Virus record (IMG/VR): IMGVR_UViG_3300038451_000147
Location: 41,336 to 105,335 of that record
Strand: one strand, 5' to 3'
From: a virus
DNA: 64,000 nucleotides
Shown here: piece by piece, positions 1 through 9,483 of the stretch
How positions within the stretch are numbered: the stretch's first letter is position 1
How the letters are laid out: the number at the start of each line of letters is the position of its first letter
Notes under the pieces: model-generated
Told to the model about the DNA's origin: nothing
Database searches by the model: none
The model's input: the letters and a program-made list of their open reading frames with translations, nothing else
Made by a program: the position numbers and the translations under genes

Positions 1-86
1 TCTACAAGACTGCCCTCTTCAAGATTGAAGCGTTTGATGGTATACTTCGTGCCTCTAACTGTTACTTGCTTGGTTTCAGTAGTCAC
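1..86 (-). CDS. Partial ORF running off the window edge, possibly a tail assembly chaperone
   Basis: GTG at 86 lies 22 nt from TATA 109-116; VTTETKQVTVRGTKYTIKRF; near the tail tube gene. Confidence 0.3.
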   Translation of the reverse strand, partial: MTTETKQVTVRGTKYTIKRFNLEEGSLV

Positions 87-118
87 AAGCATTAGAAGGG
101 TAAGAGACTATATAAAGA

Positions 119-439
119 TTACTGGCCGAGTATCCTTCTTTCGTTCTCATCCAGTCGGTGTCTGAGGTCTTGGGCTTGCTCCTGATTCCTGAGATTCATG
201 ACCTCACTAGCGGCAGTTCCATACACGACATTCGGGTAAGGAGCGTCTCTAAGAATCCCTTGGACATCCGCGCCATTGAGGTTAACACCCCAAAGAGCGG
301 CCACAACCCCTGTTAAGAACATCACTCCCATACTATCAGCGAATGCCGATGCCATGTCTAACCCTAGCAGAGAAAGCCCTGCAAACGACCCTATGAGTGC
401 CAGTATCATAAGCCCCAAGATTCCCTTTTGTCCTATCAT
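119..439 (-). CDS. Membrane protein, 2 predicted TM segments
   Basis: Two hydrophobic stretches; own TATA (462-469) 22 nt upstream. Confidence 0.6.
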   Translation of the reverse strand: MIGQKGILGLMILALIGSFAGLSLLGLDMASAFADSMGVMFLTGVVAALWGVNLNGADVQGILRDAPYPNVVYGTAASEVMNLRNQEQAQDLRHRLDENERRILGQ

Positions 440-489
440 ACCTTGTGGATAGTCTGTAACCTTTATAAACCTTTCTGGCTAACCGTCAA

Positions 490-1713
490 CTAGATAGTCT
501 TCACGGCGGCTCCGGTGGCAGTCCAAGGCAGGTCTACGGCAACCCTGTCTGCAATTGGAAGGGTGAGGTCTATCTTGGGTAGCACCGCACCTGTGTAGTC
601 TATTGCGACAGTGTAAGTCGGAGAAGTGGCACTTGGCAGACCTTCTTTCCCAAGGATGATACGAATGGTCTGTTGGGCTAGACCGGACAGAGTGGTATCA
701 AAATCAACAACATACACATCACCACTAGCATCTGGCGCAGGACTGAATGCGGCTGTCGTTATTGAGTGTGCGCCATTTGCTGTGATTGTCTGTTGTAAAC
801 CAGCCGCAGGGCCAGTAATGTAAGTCAGTATACCACCAATCAAAGCACTAGCAACGAAAGTCTGGGTAGTGTCGGCCAGCACTGTTGATGTAGTGCCAGT
901 TGTAGTTGTGCTTTGAAGATTAGGAACGTAGCCCTCATAAGTCACATCAGAAAGGGTGGCAAAGGTGGCCGTCATATCACCATCGGCCTTGCGCGTCAGT
1001 GTAGGCATACTTCTGATGACATCTGTGCCAAACTGAGGCACACGCGACAGGTTGTTGGTGATAGTGCCAGTGAAGGTCAAGGTTTGTGGTGCAACGGTTG
1101 GCGAAGACTGTTGGTTAAATATGACGCTCTCTTGGGAGAAGTAGAACGGGACGTTGCCGGGGTCGCTTGGGAAGGTCACATAGGCAGGAAGCACTCGCAT
1201 GATGTTTTGACACCAGTAGTCTACTCTAACCTCAAGTGCGGCATTCGTCTTGCCACTGATTGTCACAGTGTTGGCAATTGCTCCTGTGACAGTGTAGACA
1301 GCACCAGTGTCGAAGTCCTTGATGATGAAAGCGTGGGAGATACCAGTCACAGGTGGTGAAAGAGACCCGCCAGCCGGAGTTCCGATAGCGTTAATCATGT
1401 CCCACAAGATGCCTTGTGTATGGTCTCCACTTGTCCCACCACCAATGTTCTGTGGCCAGTAGGTTATCGTGAACTCCACGTTTCGTTGGCCTTTCAAAAG
1501 ATAGGCCGGGAAGGAAGTGCTACCGTCCATCCTGTAAACAAAGATGGGTTGCTTGTCTACCGTTCCTCTCATCTGTTGCACCGCGCCAACCCAATTGTAT
1601 GCCTTTGGTGTGTTTATAGTTCCCGCAGGAGCCATACCATAATCTACCTCTGCAAGCCACCCTACGGCGGCTCTCCATCCTGCCGCTACAAGCGGGAATG
1701 TGGTAACGCTCAT
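490..1713 (-). CDS. Major tail tube protein with an inserted beta-rich decoration module
   Basis: N-terminal E-x-x-YG motif (AEVDYG), beta-rich composition, TITNNL motif typical of siphovirus-type tube proteins; ~70 aa insert shared with 39243 and 42406; TATA 1739-1745. Confidence 0.65.
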   Translation of the reverse strand: MSVTTFPLVAAGWRAAVGWLAEVDYGMAPAGTINTPKAYNWVGAVQQMRGTVDKQPIFVYRMDGSTSFPAYLLKGQRNVEFTITYWPQNIGGGTSGDHTQGILWDMINAIGTPAGGSLSPPVTGISHAFIIKDFDTGAVYTVTGAIANTVTISGKTNAALEVRVDYWCQNIMRVLPAYVTFPSDPGNVPFYFSQESVIFNQQSSPTVAPQTLTFTGTITNNLSRVPQFGTDVIRSMPTLTRKADGDMTATFATLSDVTYEGYVPNLQSTTTTGTTSTVLADTTQTFVASALIGGILTYITGPAAGLQQTITANGAHSITTAAFSPAPDASGDVYVVDFDTTLSGLAQQTIRIILGKEGLPSATSPTYTVAIDYTGAVLPKIDLTLPIADRVAVDLPWTATGAAVKTI

Positions 1714-1753
1714 GACAAGGAGATTAATGTGCTAGGAGTATTTAAGGGTGTTG

Positions 1754-2206
1754 TCACAGAACGCAGGACATGAGCCAACCGTCCTCTTCAGGATTCGTGT
1801 AGTATTGAGGTATCTTCATATTGATGAAATAGCCGAGTTTCTCATACATACGGATGGCCGCCTCATTGCTCTTCCGAACCTGAAGACAAGCCATAGGGAT
1901 GTTCCTCTCTCTCATAGCTCTGTGAGCCTCATACATCAGTTTACACCCTATCTCTTGGCCCTTGTGCGCGGGGTCTACTGCGACAGAGATGACCAGACCC
2001 ATACGAATGTAGTTAACTGTTTCCTCTCTACACATGACATAGCCTATCACCTTCCCATCCAATTTGGCCACATAGAACATATCCCCGAACTGGTTAAGAT
2101 GATGCGTCCAGAAGGATGGCACATAGATTTCGGGCATACTGGCCGCATTGAGAGCCATCATAGCAGGAAGGTCTGTCCTAAGAGGGTGCTGGATTATGAG
2201 ACTCAT
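1754..2206 (-). CDS. ard1: N-terminal acetyltransferase, Ard1/RimI GNAT family
   Basis: MPEIY, GKVIGYVMCR, ISVAVDPAHKGQEIG, LQVRKSNEAAIRMYEKLGY, YY..EDG motifs match archaeal Ard1. Confidence 0.9.
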   Translation of the reverse strand: MSLIIQHPLRTDLPAMMALNAASMPEIYVPSFWTHHLNQFGDMFYVAKLDGKVIGYVMCREETVNYIRMGLVISVAVDPAHKGQEIGCKLMYEAHRAMRERNIPMACLQVRKSNEAAIRMYEKLGYFINMKIPQYYTNPEEDGWLMSCVL

Positions 2207-2907
2207 GAAAATAGCACCTGAAATATCTCAGTGGCTTTGGCCTCTCCAATACGTCTTCCAGATTGAAGTTTAAGAGTGGAAAGCATAAAGATAACATCTT
2301 CTTTGGAATATTGTAGTTTCCAATACAGACATATCTCATAGAAGCGTTGTCGAAGTGCTTTACCTGTTTCATGTCCAAAAGCGTCAAGAAGATATTCACG
2401 TTTCTTCTCTACAGACCAATCCCTACGGAAGCCCCTTCGCTCTGGGAACTCCTTCTTCTCCTTCGGCTTGCCCAACTTGAAGTTCTGATGAGTGAGATAG
2501 AGAGCCGTGTCTGCCTTGTCCATAGTGATAACAAGACCAACACCAAAAGCCCGGAACGCTGTAAGAGCCTCATAGAAGGACACCTTTCTCTCTGGATGGG
2601 CCACAAAGTAGTCGTCAAGACGCATCCACTTCTTGATAGTCCAGTCGTAGAATCCTAACCCTTCCAGAATGACGAAAGGCTCGTAAGCGTTCTTGTTGTT
2701 CGAGAGGTCTTTCAGTTGCTCGAAGATGCGGCCATCGTGAACAGATGCAAGAAAGTCCTTCAGTTCCTTCCTCTCATACATCCTGCTCTTCTCCACACCC
2801 TGAATGACGTTATCCGTTCCAATCTCTTCGGCCTTAACTATAACGACATCGGGCGGGAGCAAGCCCTTCAGAGTTTCGGCCTCTTGCTTGTTGATATACC
2901 AGACCAA
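2203..2907 (-). CDS. ERCC4/XPF-type structure-specific endonuclease, no helicase domain
   Basis: ERKxxxDFLASVHDGRIFEQ, VILEG and a C-terminal HhH-like IGEAKA. Confidence 0.85.
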   Translation of the reverse strand: MVWYINKQEAETLKGLLPPDVVIVKAEEIGTDNVIQGVEKSRMYERKELKDFLASVHDGRIFEQLKDLSNNKNAYEPFVILEGLGFYDWTIKKWMRLDDYFVAHPERKVSFYEALTAFRAFGVGLVITMDKADTALYLTHQNFKLGKPKEKKEFPERRGFRRDWSVEKKREYLLDAFGHETGKALRQRFYEICLYWKLQYSKEDVIFMLSTLKLQSGRRIGEAKATEIFQVLFS

Positions 2908-2910
2908 GGA

Positions 2911-3135
2911 CTATCCCTTGCTCCTCTGCCTTAATAAAGATTTTAACTGTTTGAGGGTAGTGTCCTTGTCCCAACTCACGTTCCTTTTGATGGCTTTGTC
3001 ATAACACATCTCACCCATTGGGAACGACATTCCAGTGACGCTCAGTGTGGCCAATTCCTTGCCGTTACAGAAAGCACAGAGTTTGCTGTCGAACTCTGGC
3101 ACATTGCTCAACGGATTAGATGTTCCTTTCGTCAT
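2911..3135 (-). CDS. Small putative Zn-binding protein
   Basis: CAFC..C motif; ATGA overlap with the upstream ORF. Confidence 0.45.
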   Translation of the reverse strand: MTKGTSNPLSNVPEFDSKLCAFCNGKELATLSVTGMSFPMGEMCYDKAIKRNVSWDKDTTLKQLKSLLRQRSKG

Positions 3136-3296
3136 GATGACGCTAACCTTGTCCAAGTAGGATGAAGACACCAAATACACTCCTTGAGAAGTATATAGCG
3201 ATTGGGTTCTCCATACATAGGTCTTACCTTTATCTCTGAACTCTGATGCAGTCCCAGATGGCAGAGATAGTTTATGTGGAGTTGAGCCTTATCCAT
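3132..3296 (-). CDS. Hypothetical protein (MDKAQLHINY...)
   Basis: ATG 22 nt from the palindromic TATA at 3319-3326. Confidence 0.5.
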   Translation of the reverse strand: MDKAQLHINYLCHLGLHQSSEIKVRPMYGEPNRYILLKECIWCLHPTWTRLASS

Positions 3297-3318
3297 GCCA
3301 TACCCCTTGTCCACAACC

Positions 3319-3326
3319 TTTATAAA
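3319..3326. promoter_or_regulatory. Palindromic bidirectional TATA box TTTATAAA
   Basis: Exactly 22 nt from ATG 3296(-) and 22 nt from ATG 3349(+). Confidence 0.7.
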
Positions 3327-3348
3327 CCTTCCTGCCATTGGGTTGACT

Positions 3349-3495
3349 ATGGCCAAAAAGAAGCAGTATACGCTGGCAGACTTCCCAGAACTTCGAGAGT
3401 ATGTCACTGAGCAGATACGGCTTCATGAGGCGGCTCGGAAGGTTTCTCTTCATCCTCAAGAGTCTCAAGGACAGCAATCCAGTCTAGAAATGTGA
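3349..3495 (+). CDS. Small hypothetical protein (MAKKKQYTLADF...)
   Basis: Leaderless spacing from TATA 3319-3326; 3' end overlaps 3404..3637 in antisense. Confidence 0.45.
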   Translation: MAKKKQYTLADFPELREYVTEQIRLHEAARKVSLHPQESQGQQSSLEM

Positions 3496-3637
3496 TGCTT
3501 CCGTCTGCTTCGGTTCGATAGTAGGGCGGTTCACCAAGCGAGAACGGTAAGAAAGTCAGTTCGCCTTTGGCCTCTATCCCTTCCTCTGGGATGTCACAAA
3601 TGAGTCCGTAATAGACCACCTTTACTGCCTTTCCCAT
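3404..3637 (-). CDS. Hypothetical acidic protein
   Basis: TATA 3661-3668, 23 nt upstream. Confidence 0.55.
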   Translation of the reverse strand: MGKAVKVVYYGLICDIPEEGIEAKGELTFLPFSLGEPPYYRTEADGSITFLDWIAVLETLEDEEKPSEPPHEAVSAQ

Positions 3638-3675
3638 GAATGCTTATTAAGCACACAACCTATATAAACATTGCA

Positions 3676-5229
3676 ATGAGTAGTTCCAATGAGCGTCTTC
3701 TGAAGAGTCTGGAACAGGAGTTCGACAAAATTAAGGCGAAGGAACCCAAAGACGTTACTCTAGACCTCAGTGACCCTATGACATTTGTTGAGAACTACGT
3801 CAAACTTCCAGAGAAAGCTCCACCAGAGCAGAAGACTTGGTTCGAGCAACGGCCTTGGCTTTCAGAAATCTACAGAGATGGGAACAAGAGAATTGTTATA
3901 GTGAAGGGCCGACAGATGGAAGTCTCCGAGTATGCCGTGAATATGCTGTTCTATTGGGCCGCAAAATGGCCGGGGAAGTATATCTACGCCTCTTCGTCAG
4001 GTGACAAGGCAGATGTCTTCAGCCATGACCGCTACCAGAAGCAACTCTCTCGAAGCCCTACGCTCCAAGCCCTTGTGCGAGACGAAGCCGTTAGAAGGGT
4101 GCAATATGCGAAGTCCGAAGTCTACTTTATGACAGCCTATGAAGACACCAAGACTCTGAGAAGCATTGACGCTGATGGCATCATCCTTGATGAGTTCCAA
4201 GACTACAGGGCCAACGCCATCCCCATCGCTGAAGAGGGTCTGGCTCACAGTCAACTCAAGAGGCTTTGGGTGATAGGAACTCCCTATCTCACAGGAACCA
4301 ACTTCTCTAGTAAGTGGGACGAAAGCACAAAGAAGGAGTGGAACAAAGAGAAACAGATGTGGGAAGTAACCAACCCTAAGTCAGATGGGATGTGGCAAGG
4401 CTATCACATCAGTCAGGAGATGGCAGTAGGGGTATGGCTTACCCCAGAGGAGTTCGAGTATAGGAGAGCACACAAGCCAGCACAGGAGTTTGCGAATGAG
4501 TGTCTAGGATTATTCTATGCTGGACTCGGAAGACCGACAGACTACGGTTACATGAGTTCACTCTTCAGCCCGTCTTTAATGAAGGGCCAATTCGGAAAGG
4601 GTGAACTTCTGATTTCGGGTATAGATTGGGGTATCTCCAAGTCTAATACGGTCTTCTACTTGATTCGACCAAGACTTCTAGAGTTGCCAGACCTCTATAC
4701 AATAGACACTCTTTATGTTGAAAAGGTAGACAATCCAGATATAACCAAACAGATTGCAAGAATCGCGCAACTCCTCACTACCTTTCCCACTGTAATCAAT
4801 GTGCTAGACTACGGCACTGGTTTCGTGCAAAATCAGGAACTCTACAAACAGTTCGGAAACCGAGTGATACAGATAGAATTAGGCAGTGGAAAACTAGGCA
4901 AGCCCATAACGGTAGAGCAAACCGCCTTTGGCCCGATAGCCAAAGTCAACAGAACGTGGGCTATAGACACGGCTATGGATTACGTCACTAGACCAGACAG
5001 ATTCAGATTTTACAACGAGACAGACAAAGGCACAAAGGACTGGATTATCAGAGACTTTTTGGCTGAATACCCTGAAACGAGCAAAACCACCGAAAAGAAG
5101 ATTTGGATTCACAGTTCCGATGCCACAGACGACTGCCTCATCGCCTTCGTGAATGCTATGATTGGCTTCCAACTTCAGAAGTCGGCTAGTATGCCGGAGC
5201 GCGTGGAAGATATGATTAGTTTCGTGTGA
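3676..5229 (+). CDS. terL: Terminase large subunit
   Basis: Walker A-like KGRQMEVSE, Walker B IILDEFQD, motif III IGTP, nuclease GIDWG and C-terminal DDCLIA; start moved to ATG 3676 (24 nt after TTATTAA). Confidence 0.9.
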   Translation: MSSSNERLLKSLEQEFDKIKAKEPKDVTLDLSDPMTFVENYVKLPEKAPPEQKTWFEQRPWLSEIYRDGNKRIVIVKGRQMEVSEYAVNMLFYWAAKWPGKYIYASSSGDKADVFSHDRYQKQLSRSPTLQALVRDEAVRRVQYAKSEVYFMTAYEDTKTLRSIDADGIILDEFQDYRANAIPIAEEGLAHSQLKRLWVIGTPYLTGTNFSSKWDESTKKEWNKEKQMWEVTNPKSDGMWQGYHISQEMAVGVWLTPEEFEYRRAHKPAQEFANECLGLFYAGLGRPTDYGYMSSLFSPSLMKGQFGKGELLISGIDWGISKSNTVFYLIRPRLLELPDLYTIDTLYVEKVDNPDITKQIARIAQLLTTFPTVINVLDYGTGFVQNQELYKQFGNRVIQIELGSGKLGKPITVEQTAFGPIAKVNRTWAIDTAMDYVTRPDRFRFYNETDKGTKDWIIRDFLAEYPETSKTTEKKIWIHSSDATDDCLIAFVNAMIGFQLQKSASMPERVEDMISFV

Positions 5230-5264
5230 AGGGCTTAAATAGAGGAACTTCCTTATAAACTGTG

Positions 5265-6350
5265 ATGTCAGAAGACCAATGGCTACCAGACCTCTTCAAT
5301 CCGGCTCAAGCCCCAGAGCCAGAGCCAAGTGAGCCATCTGAACCTGCTACACAGCCAACCGTGTCTGCCCCTTATGATACAATAGACGTTGCCTTGGACG
5401 GCTGGACTTACCGCCTTTGGAGACAATGGTTAGGACAGGACGAGCAAGAGCAAAGGAAGAATGTAGACCTACTCACCGATATATTCCAACAGTATGACCC
5501 TTCTGCAACATCGCTTCTGGAAGTGTCGAAGTCGCAACCGGATTCTCCCGACCCCTACTCATGGGTATTCCGCTTCGGTTTGTTTGGAGACCCTGCAAAA
5601 GTAACGGAAGCCATCGAAAACATTGACTCTCAACTCCTTAAGATAGCCGAAAACTTCAAGGTTATAGCAGGAACAGCAAAGGCACTTGTGACAAGAATGG
5701 ATGGGACGCAAGAGGCCGTTGAACTTCCGAAGGATTTGGTGGCCTCAGACATCGCTACTACTATGTATAGACTTCTCGACCTAGTTCAGACTGGCGGTGT
5801 TAAGGAGTCTCCTGAGACCGAATCAAGGGCTTCGGAACTCCGTCAAATCACATCTCCAGCATCCGGTGAGTATTGCACTATACACGGAAAGACAGGCGAA
5901 GAACATACCGATGAAGAAAGAGAGGCAGATATATGGGGAACAAAAGGAGAGGAAGAGAAGGCATGGACTCCCGACTACCAATATATCCCAAAGGCTCTCG
6001 CTGAAGAGGGACGATGGAACGAATGGGCAGATGAAGTAAAAGAGGCCATAAGCGGAATAGATAAAGTGGCTGAAGACGTAAAGATGCTGAGAACTACGAA
6101 AACTAGCACCCCTGAACAGACTATCAACACTCTTAACGCGGTCAAAGAGTTGGTTGAGACCACAAGAAGTTGGTTCTATGAAATCGCCACCCAAGTAGAC
6201 CAAGAGCCTATCGGAGAGGAAGACAAAGCCCTTGCAGGTGAATTGAAACGGGTATTCAAAGACGAGACCATGAAGACGGTTTTCGACAACCTCTCGTCTA
6301 TGATTGAGAAGGTCATCGCTGAGAAGCAGACAATGGTTATACCGAACTAG
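5265..6350 (+). CDS. Acidic hypothetical protein, possibly an internal head protein
   Basis: Long ORF, own TATA 5235-5241, helical C-terminus. Confidence 0.6.
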   Translation: MSEDQWLPDLFNPAQAPEPEPSEPSEPATQPTVSAPYDTIDVALDGWTYRLWRQWLGQDEQEQRKNVDLLTDIFQQYDPSATSLLEVSKSQPDSPDPYSWVFRFGLFGDPAKVTEAIENIDSQLLKIAENFKVIAGTAKALVTRMDGTQEAVELPKDLVASDIATTMYRLLDLVQTGGVKESPETESRASELRQITSPASGEYCTIHGKTGEEHTDEEREADIWGTKGEEEKAWTPDYQYIPKALAEEGRWNEWADEVKEAISGIDKVAEDVKMLRTTKTSTPEQTINTLNAVKELVETTRSWFYEIATQVDQEPIGEEDKALAGELKRVFKDETMKTVFDNLSSMIEKVIAEKQTMVIPN

Positions 6351-6384
6351 AATGCTTAAATACTAAGCCACATCTACTTCACTC

Positions 6385-6723
6385 ATGAGCCAAGAAGAAG
6401 AGTCTATCCCTCATGAAACACAGGTAATGGAAGTCATGCGGAACCTATTCTCCACAGAGTATGGGCTTGACGAAGAGGACAGAGACCTTGCCAACCGATT
6501 GGTTCAATACGGAAGCGACAAAACAGGACTAAGTGAGAAGGAGATAGCCGTCTTCATAAAGATGGGCATAATGGATAACGAGAAAGACCTTCTCGTTCCA
6601 GACCAGTTCTTCTTCAGGGGTCTGGTGCTTCCTTCCTTCTGGATGAAGTGTCTGCTTGCTTATCATGGGATGATGGACTTTTCTAATAAAAGTGAGAACA
6701 ATGAGAAAACTCAGACCAAATGA
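6385..6723 (+). CDS. Hypothetical protein
   Basis: TATA 6356-6362, 22 nt upstream. Confidence 0.6.
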   Translation: MSQEEESIPHETQVMEVMRNLFSTEYGLDEEDRDLANRLVQYGSDKTGLSEKEIAVFIKMGIMDNEKDLLVPDQFFFRGLVLPSFWMKCLLAYHGMMDFSNKSENNEKTQTK

Positions 6724-7060
6724 CATCGTAACAGTCGTAGCAATCGCATCCGAACTTGTAGCAATTTTACTCTTTCTGCTCCAAATATGGCTCTTGGGCG
6801 CAATCTATTGTTTCGCTTCTGTTGTAGCAATAGTCTTCCTAAACCACAATCTGAACGGAATCTACAAAAAGGGAAGCACGATTAGATGGCTCGACTATCT
6901 GAGAATCAGAGACCTAATGGCTCACGGTCACAACTATGAAGCGGTCATTTACACCATGAAGGTAGCCTATGGGATGGATGAAGCGCAAATTCAAGCCCTA
7001 AAGCCAGAAGACCTAAATACTCTCATGGAGAAACTGAAGGTGAATAAAGAAAATGTCTAA
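6701..7060 (+). CDS. Membrane protein, 2 TM
   Basis: Two hydrophobic helices at the N-terminus. Confidence 0.55.
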   Translation: MRKLRPNDIVTVVAIASELVAILLFLLQIWLLGAIYCFASVVAIVFLNHNLNGIYKKGSTIRWLDYLRIRDLMAHGHNYEAVIYTMKVAYGMDEAQIQALKPEDLNTLMEKLKVNKENV

Positions 7061-7334
7061 CTTCTATGACGAACTGAATACCCTAGAATGGGAGAAGTAT
7101 GTCTACGTCAAATGCTTAGTGTGTCACGGAGTCTACAGATACGGCATCTACGGTTTCCAAGAAGGTGGGATAAACTGCGTCCTCTGTGGAGCCGTCACTT
7201 GGAACCCCATCATCGTAGACAAGGAAGAATACCGGAAGTTCCTAGAAAAACAGAAGAACCCCTACGGCCTACAGACTTTCCAGCAAAGGGTCTGGGGAAC
7301 TGCACCCAACGATGAGCCTTATCAAAGACGTTAA
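7053..7334 (+). CDS. Zn-ribbon protein
   Basis: CLVC...CVLCG. Confidence 0.55.
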   Translation: MSNFYDELNTLEWEKYVYVKCLVCHGVYRYGIYGFQEGGINCVLCGAVTWNPIIVDKEEYRKFLEKQKNPYGLQTFQQRVWGTAPNDEPYQRR

Positions 7335-7340
7335 GACTAT

Positions 7341-7547
7341 CTAAGGAGTAGGAGCGACCTGTTCTTGCGTAGTAAGATACGCGACTACTGCCCCTGCAAT
7401 AGCCGCTACGAAAATAACAACCGCGCCCTCTGTAGTCAGGTCAGGGATGTATTTAGGGAGTATTGCCGTAATAAGGGCAGATGCCGCACTTACCACTGCG
7501 ATGATTAGAGCAAGCACTGATTTGCTTACCGTAAGGATTGTGGTCAT
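7341..7547 (-). CDS. Small 2-TM membrane protein (holin-like)
   Basis: 68 aa, two TM helices, polar tail. Confidence 0.5.
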   Translation of the reverse strand: MTTILTVSKSVLALIIAVVSAASALITAILPKYIPDLTTEGAVVIFVAAIAGAVVAYLTTQEQVAPTP

Positions 7548-7954
7548 ACCTTCTTCTTAGACTTCTGCCCCTTATAAGCCTTCTTCTTCGGAAGGTAACT
7601 AGGAATGTTCATCAGTTCCTTTGGAAGCAAGCCTCTCTCAATCATCTCCTCAACGTGGATGATACAAGCGATGTTCCAAGCGGAAGCGGCCAAATGGTCT
7701 TCGTCCCTCAAACCCTCTCTATACTCATTGAGATGGCGTATCGCACTGTCAAGAAATCTTCCAATGGGTATCCCTTTCTCCCAATTGCGGTCTCCATACT
7801 TGACAGCCCCGTTCTCATAGTGTCTAGCCAGTCTACGAAGGAAGATAGGGCTTATGAGGTCGAACCTTCCCTTTCCCTGTTGGATGTCCCGCACCGCACC
7901 TGTCTTGAACTTCTGCCTTGTTCCACTGTCCTTGACTTTCTTGTAGTCCATCAT
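7544..7954 (-). CDS. dATP/dGTP diphosphohydrolase family protein (DUF5664-like)
   Basis: TGAVRD..GKGRFDLI..GAVKYGDRNWEKGIP..DSAIRH..EDHLAASAWN. Confidence 0.85.
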   Translation of the reverse strand: MMDYKKVKDSGTRQKFKTGAVRDIQQGKGRFDLISPIFLRRLARHYENGAVKYGDRNWEKGIPIGRFLDSAIRHLNEYREGLRDEDHLAASAWNIACIIHVEEMIERGLLPKELMNIPSYLPKKKAYKGQKSKKKV

Positions 7955-8448
7955 TTCCTCTTCATCACTTTCGATTGGTTGAAGGAATGGATGAACTCAT
8001 CAACACTGGTGAAGATTGCTGTTGCATGATACACCAACCAAGGATGTCCCATTTTAGTCCTATCTTCTATTATGAGATAGGTCGGATGCTTGACAACGTG
8101 ACTATTGTAGAAGACTTCCATCGGGGTTCCAACAGAAATCTTATCGGTAAAGAAGGCTAACACACCATCTGCCCTTCTTATGATTTTGAGGTCGCGCTCC
8201 ACCACTTCCTTTGGGATATTGGTTGCCAGACCCCATGTTGAAATCCACTTTTGGCGTTCCTCTTTGTCCTTGAACTTCTTGTCCTGAGACAACCTATCGA
8301 ACTTCTTCACATCATGCCTACCTTCTACATCATAAAAGGGATTGACTAGATTCAATCCTGTCTTCCTTTCTATCTTCTTCTCTTCTATACGGAGCCGAAG
8401 TCTGTCTCCAAACGGGTGCGCCATGTAGTAACTAAGCATGGATTTCAC
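7951..8448 (-). CDS. Nucleoside 2-deoxyribosyltransferase / nucleotide N-hydrolase-like protein
   Basis: YYMAHPF, NPF, RDLKIIRRADGVLA, SVGTPME motifs. Confidence 0.75.
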   Translation of the reverse strand: MKSMLSYYMAHPFGDRLRLRIEEKKIERKTGLNLVNPFYDVEGRHDVKKFDRLSQDKKFKDKEERQKWISTWGLATNIPKEVVERDLKIIRRADGVLAFFTDKISVGTPMEVFYNSHVVKHPTYLIIEDRTKMGHPWLVYHATAIFTSVDEFIHSFNQSKVMKRK

Positions 8449-8564
8449 CCCTGATTATCTCAAAGACCTCATCCTGAGAGACCATCGTAATGGGGCCAGC
8501 GTATCCTTGAACCATATATCCAGTCAACTTCCTGATACAGTTAATAAGGATTTCGGCCTCTTCC

Positions 8565-8858
8565 TCAGTCAAAGACTTCACCATTTTCATGGCACTTCAC
8601 GTTCTCATAACGAGCAACCACCTTCCTATAGAACTCCTGTTGAACAGCCGCTAAGATACCCATCATCTCATTTAGAGTCTTATAGTTGCGTGGTAGAAAC
8701 TCTGTCTCCTTGTAGACCTCAAGAAGCACTCGCGTTAGAGCATAGTTGGTCATACCCTCTCTACTTACATCCATAGAGACCAAATTGTTGATTTTATCGG
8801 CCAACATCCGAATGTTGTCATCCAATTCTCTTCGTTGCTTTTGTTTGATGTAAGGCAT
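8565..8858 (-). CDS. Conserved viral hypothetical protein (MPYIK...EFYR...YE...NG family)
   Basis: Motif pattern common in tailed viruses; leads the nucleotide-metabolism operon; TATA 8881-8887. Confidence 0.65.
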   Translation of the reverse strand: MPYIKQKQRRELDDNIRMLADKINNLVSMDVSREGMTNYALTRVLLEVYKETEFLPRNYKTLNEMMGILAAVQQEFYRKVVARYENVKCHENGEVFD

Positions 8859-8946
8859 ACCAACCCCTTGCTCTCAACTCTATTTAAGGATTCTACGATT
8901 TAGACCTTGAAACCTTTATATAGTCCAAGACGCTAGAGTAGTCTTA

Positions 8947-9147
8947 ATGACTACAGAATGGAAGAAACTTCAATCGGTTGGCCACGCCACCACTCGCATT
9001 ACTCACATCAGAGCCGACCTCATCAGAGACCTCTTGCCCAACGCTTCTGCTAAAACCATCATCGGTGGTAAGTGGACGTTTGACAGTGACAAGAAGGTTC
9101 TGGTTCTCGAAATCAAAGAGTTCTCTGAATGGCCGCCAAAAGAGTGA
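8947..9147 (+). CDS. Small protein, possible AbrB-like swapped-hairpin regulator
   Basis: Short beta-alpha-beta pattern; TATA 8915-8922. Confidence 0.4.
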   Translation: MTTEWKKLQSVGHATTRITHIRADLIRDLLPNASAKTIIGGKWTFDSDKKVLVLEIKEFSEWPPKE

Positions 9148-9153
9148 GAGTAG

Positions 9154-9456
9154 ATGTCTGAAGATAAAGAGGAAGAGAATGATGGAAAAGGCCGTCATTA
9201 CAAGCCTCAAGAACGGACTCTCTTCCTTGATATAGAGGGTCTCGACCTCAACACCCCAGAAGGGCAGGATGAGATGCTGAAACGGTTGCAGATTCTCATA
9301 GCCACAACAAACCACAATGCTCTAGACCTGAAAGCCTTTGCCACCCTCAAGGATACCGTCAGGATTAAAACCGACCTCAATGTTCTAAGACTCTTCACCC
9401 AAATGAAGAAGAAAATGGACGAATGGGAGACCGCACAGATAGCCAAGAATCCTTAA
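9154..9456 (+). CDS. Helical hypothetical protein (terminase small subunit candidate)
   Basis: Size and helicity only. Confidence 0.35.
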   Translation: MSEDKEEENDGKGRHYKPQERTLFLDIEGLDLNTPEGQDEMLKRLQILIATTNHNALDLKAFATLKDTVRIKTDLNVLRLFTQMKKKMDEWETAQIAKNP

Positions 9457-9483
9457 ATAGCCTAGAAACGTAGGTGGTTGACT

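Noticed and set aside
5265-6350. Portal protein (follows terminase)
   Set aside because: No recognisable portal motifs, very acidic with Pro-rich disordered segments; the portal probably lies outside the window
7544-7954. 2-aminoadenine (dZ) genome
   Set aside because: No PurZ or polymerase in the window, and restriction-site avoidance argues against blanket protection
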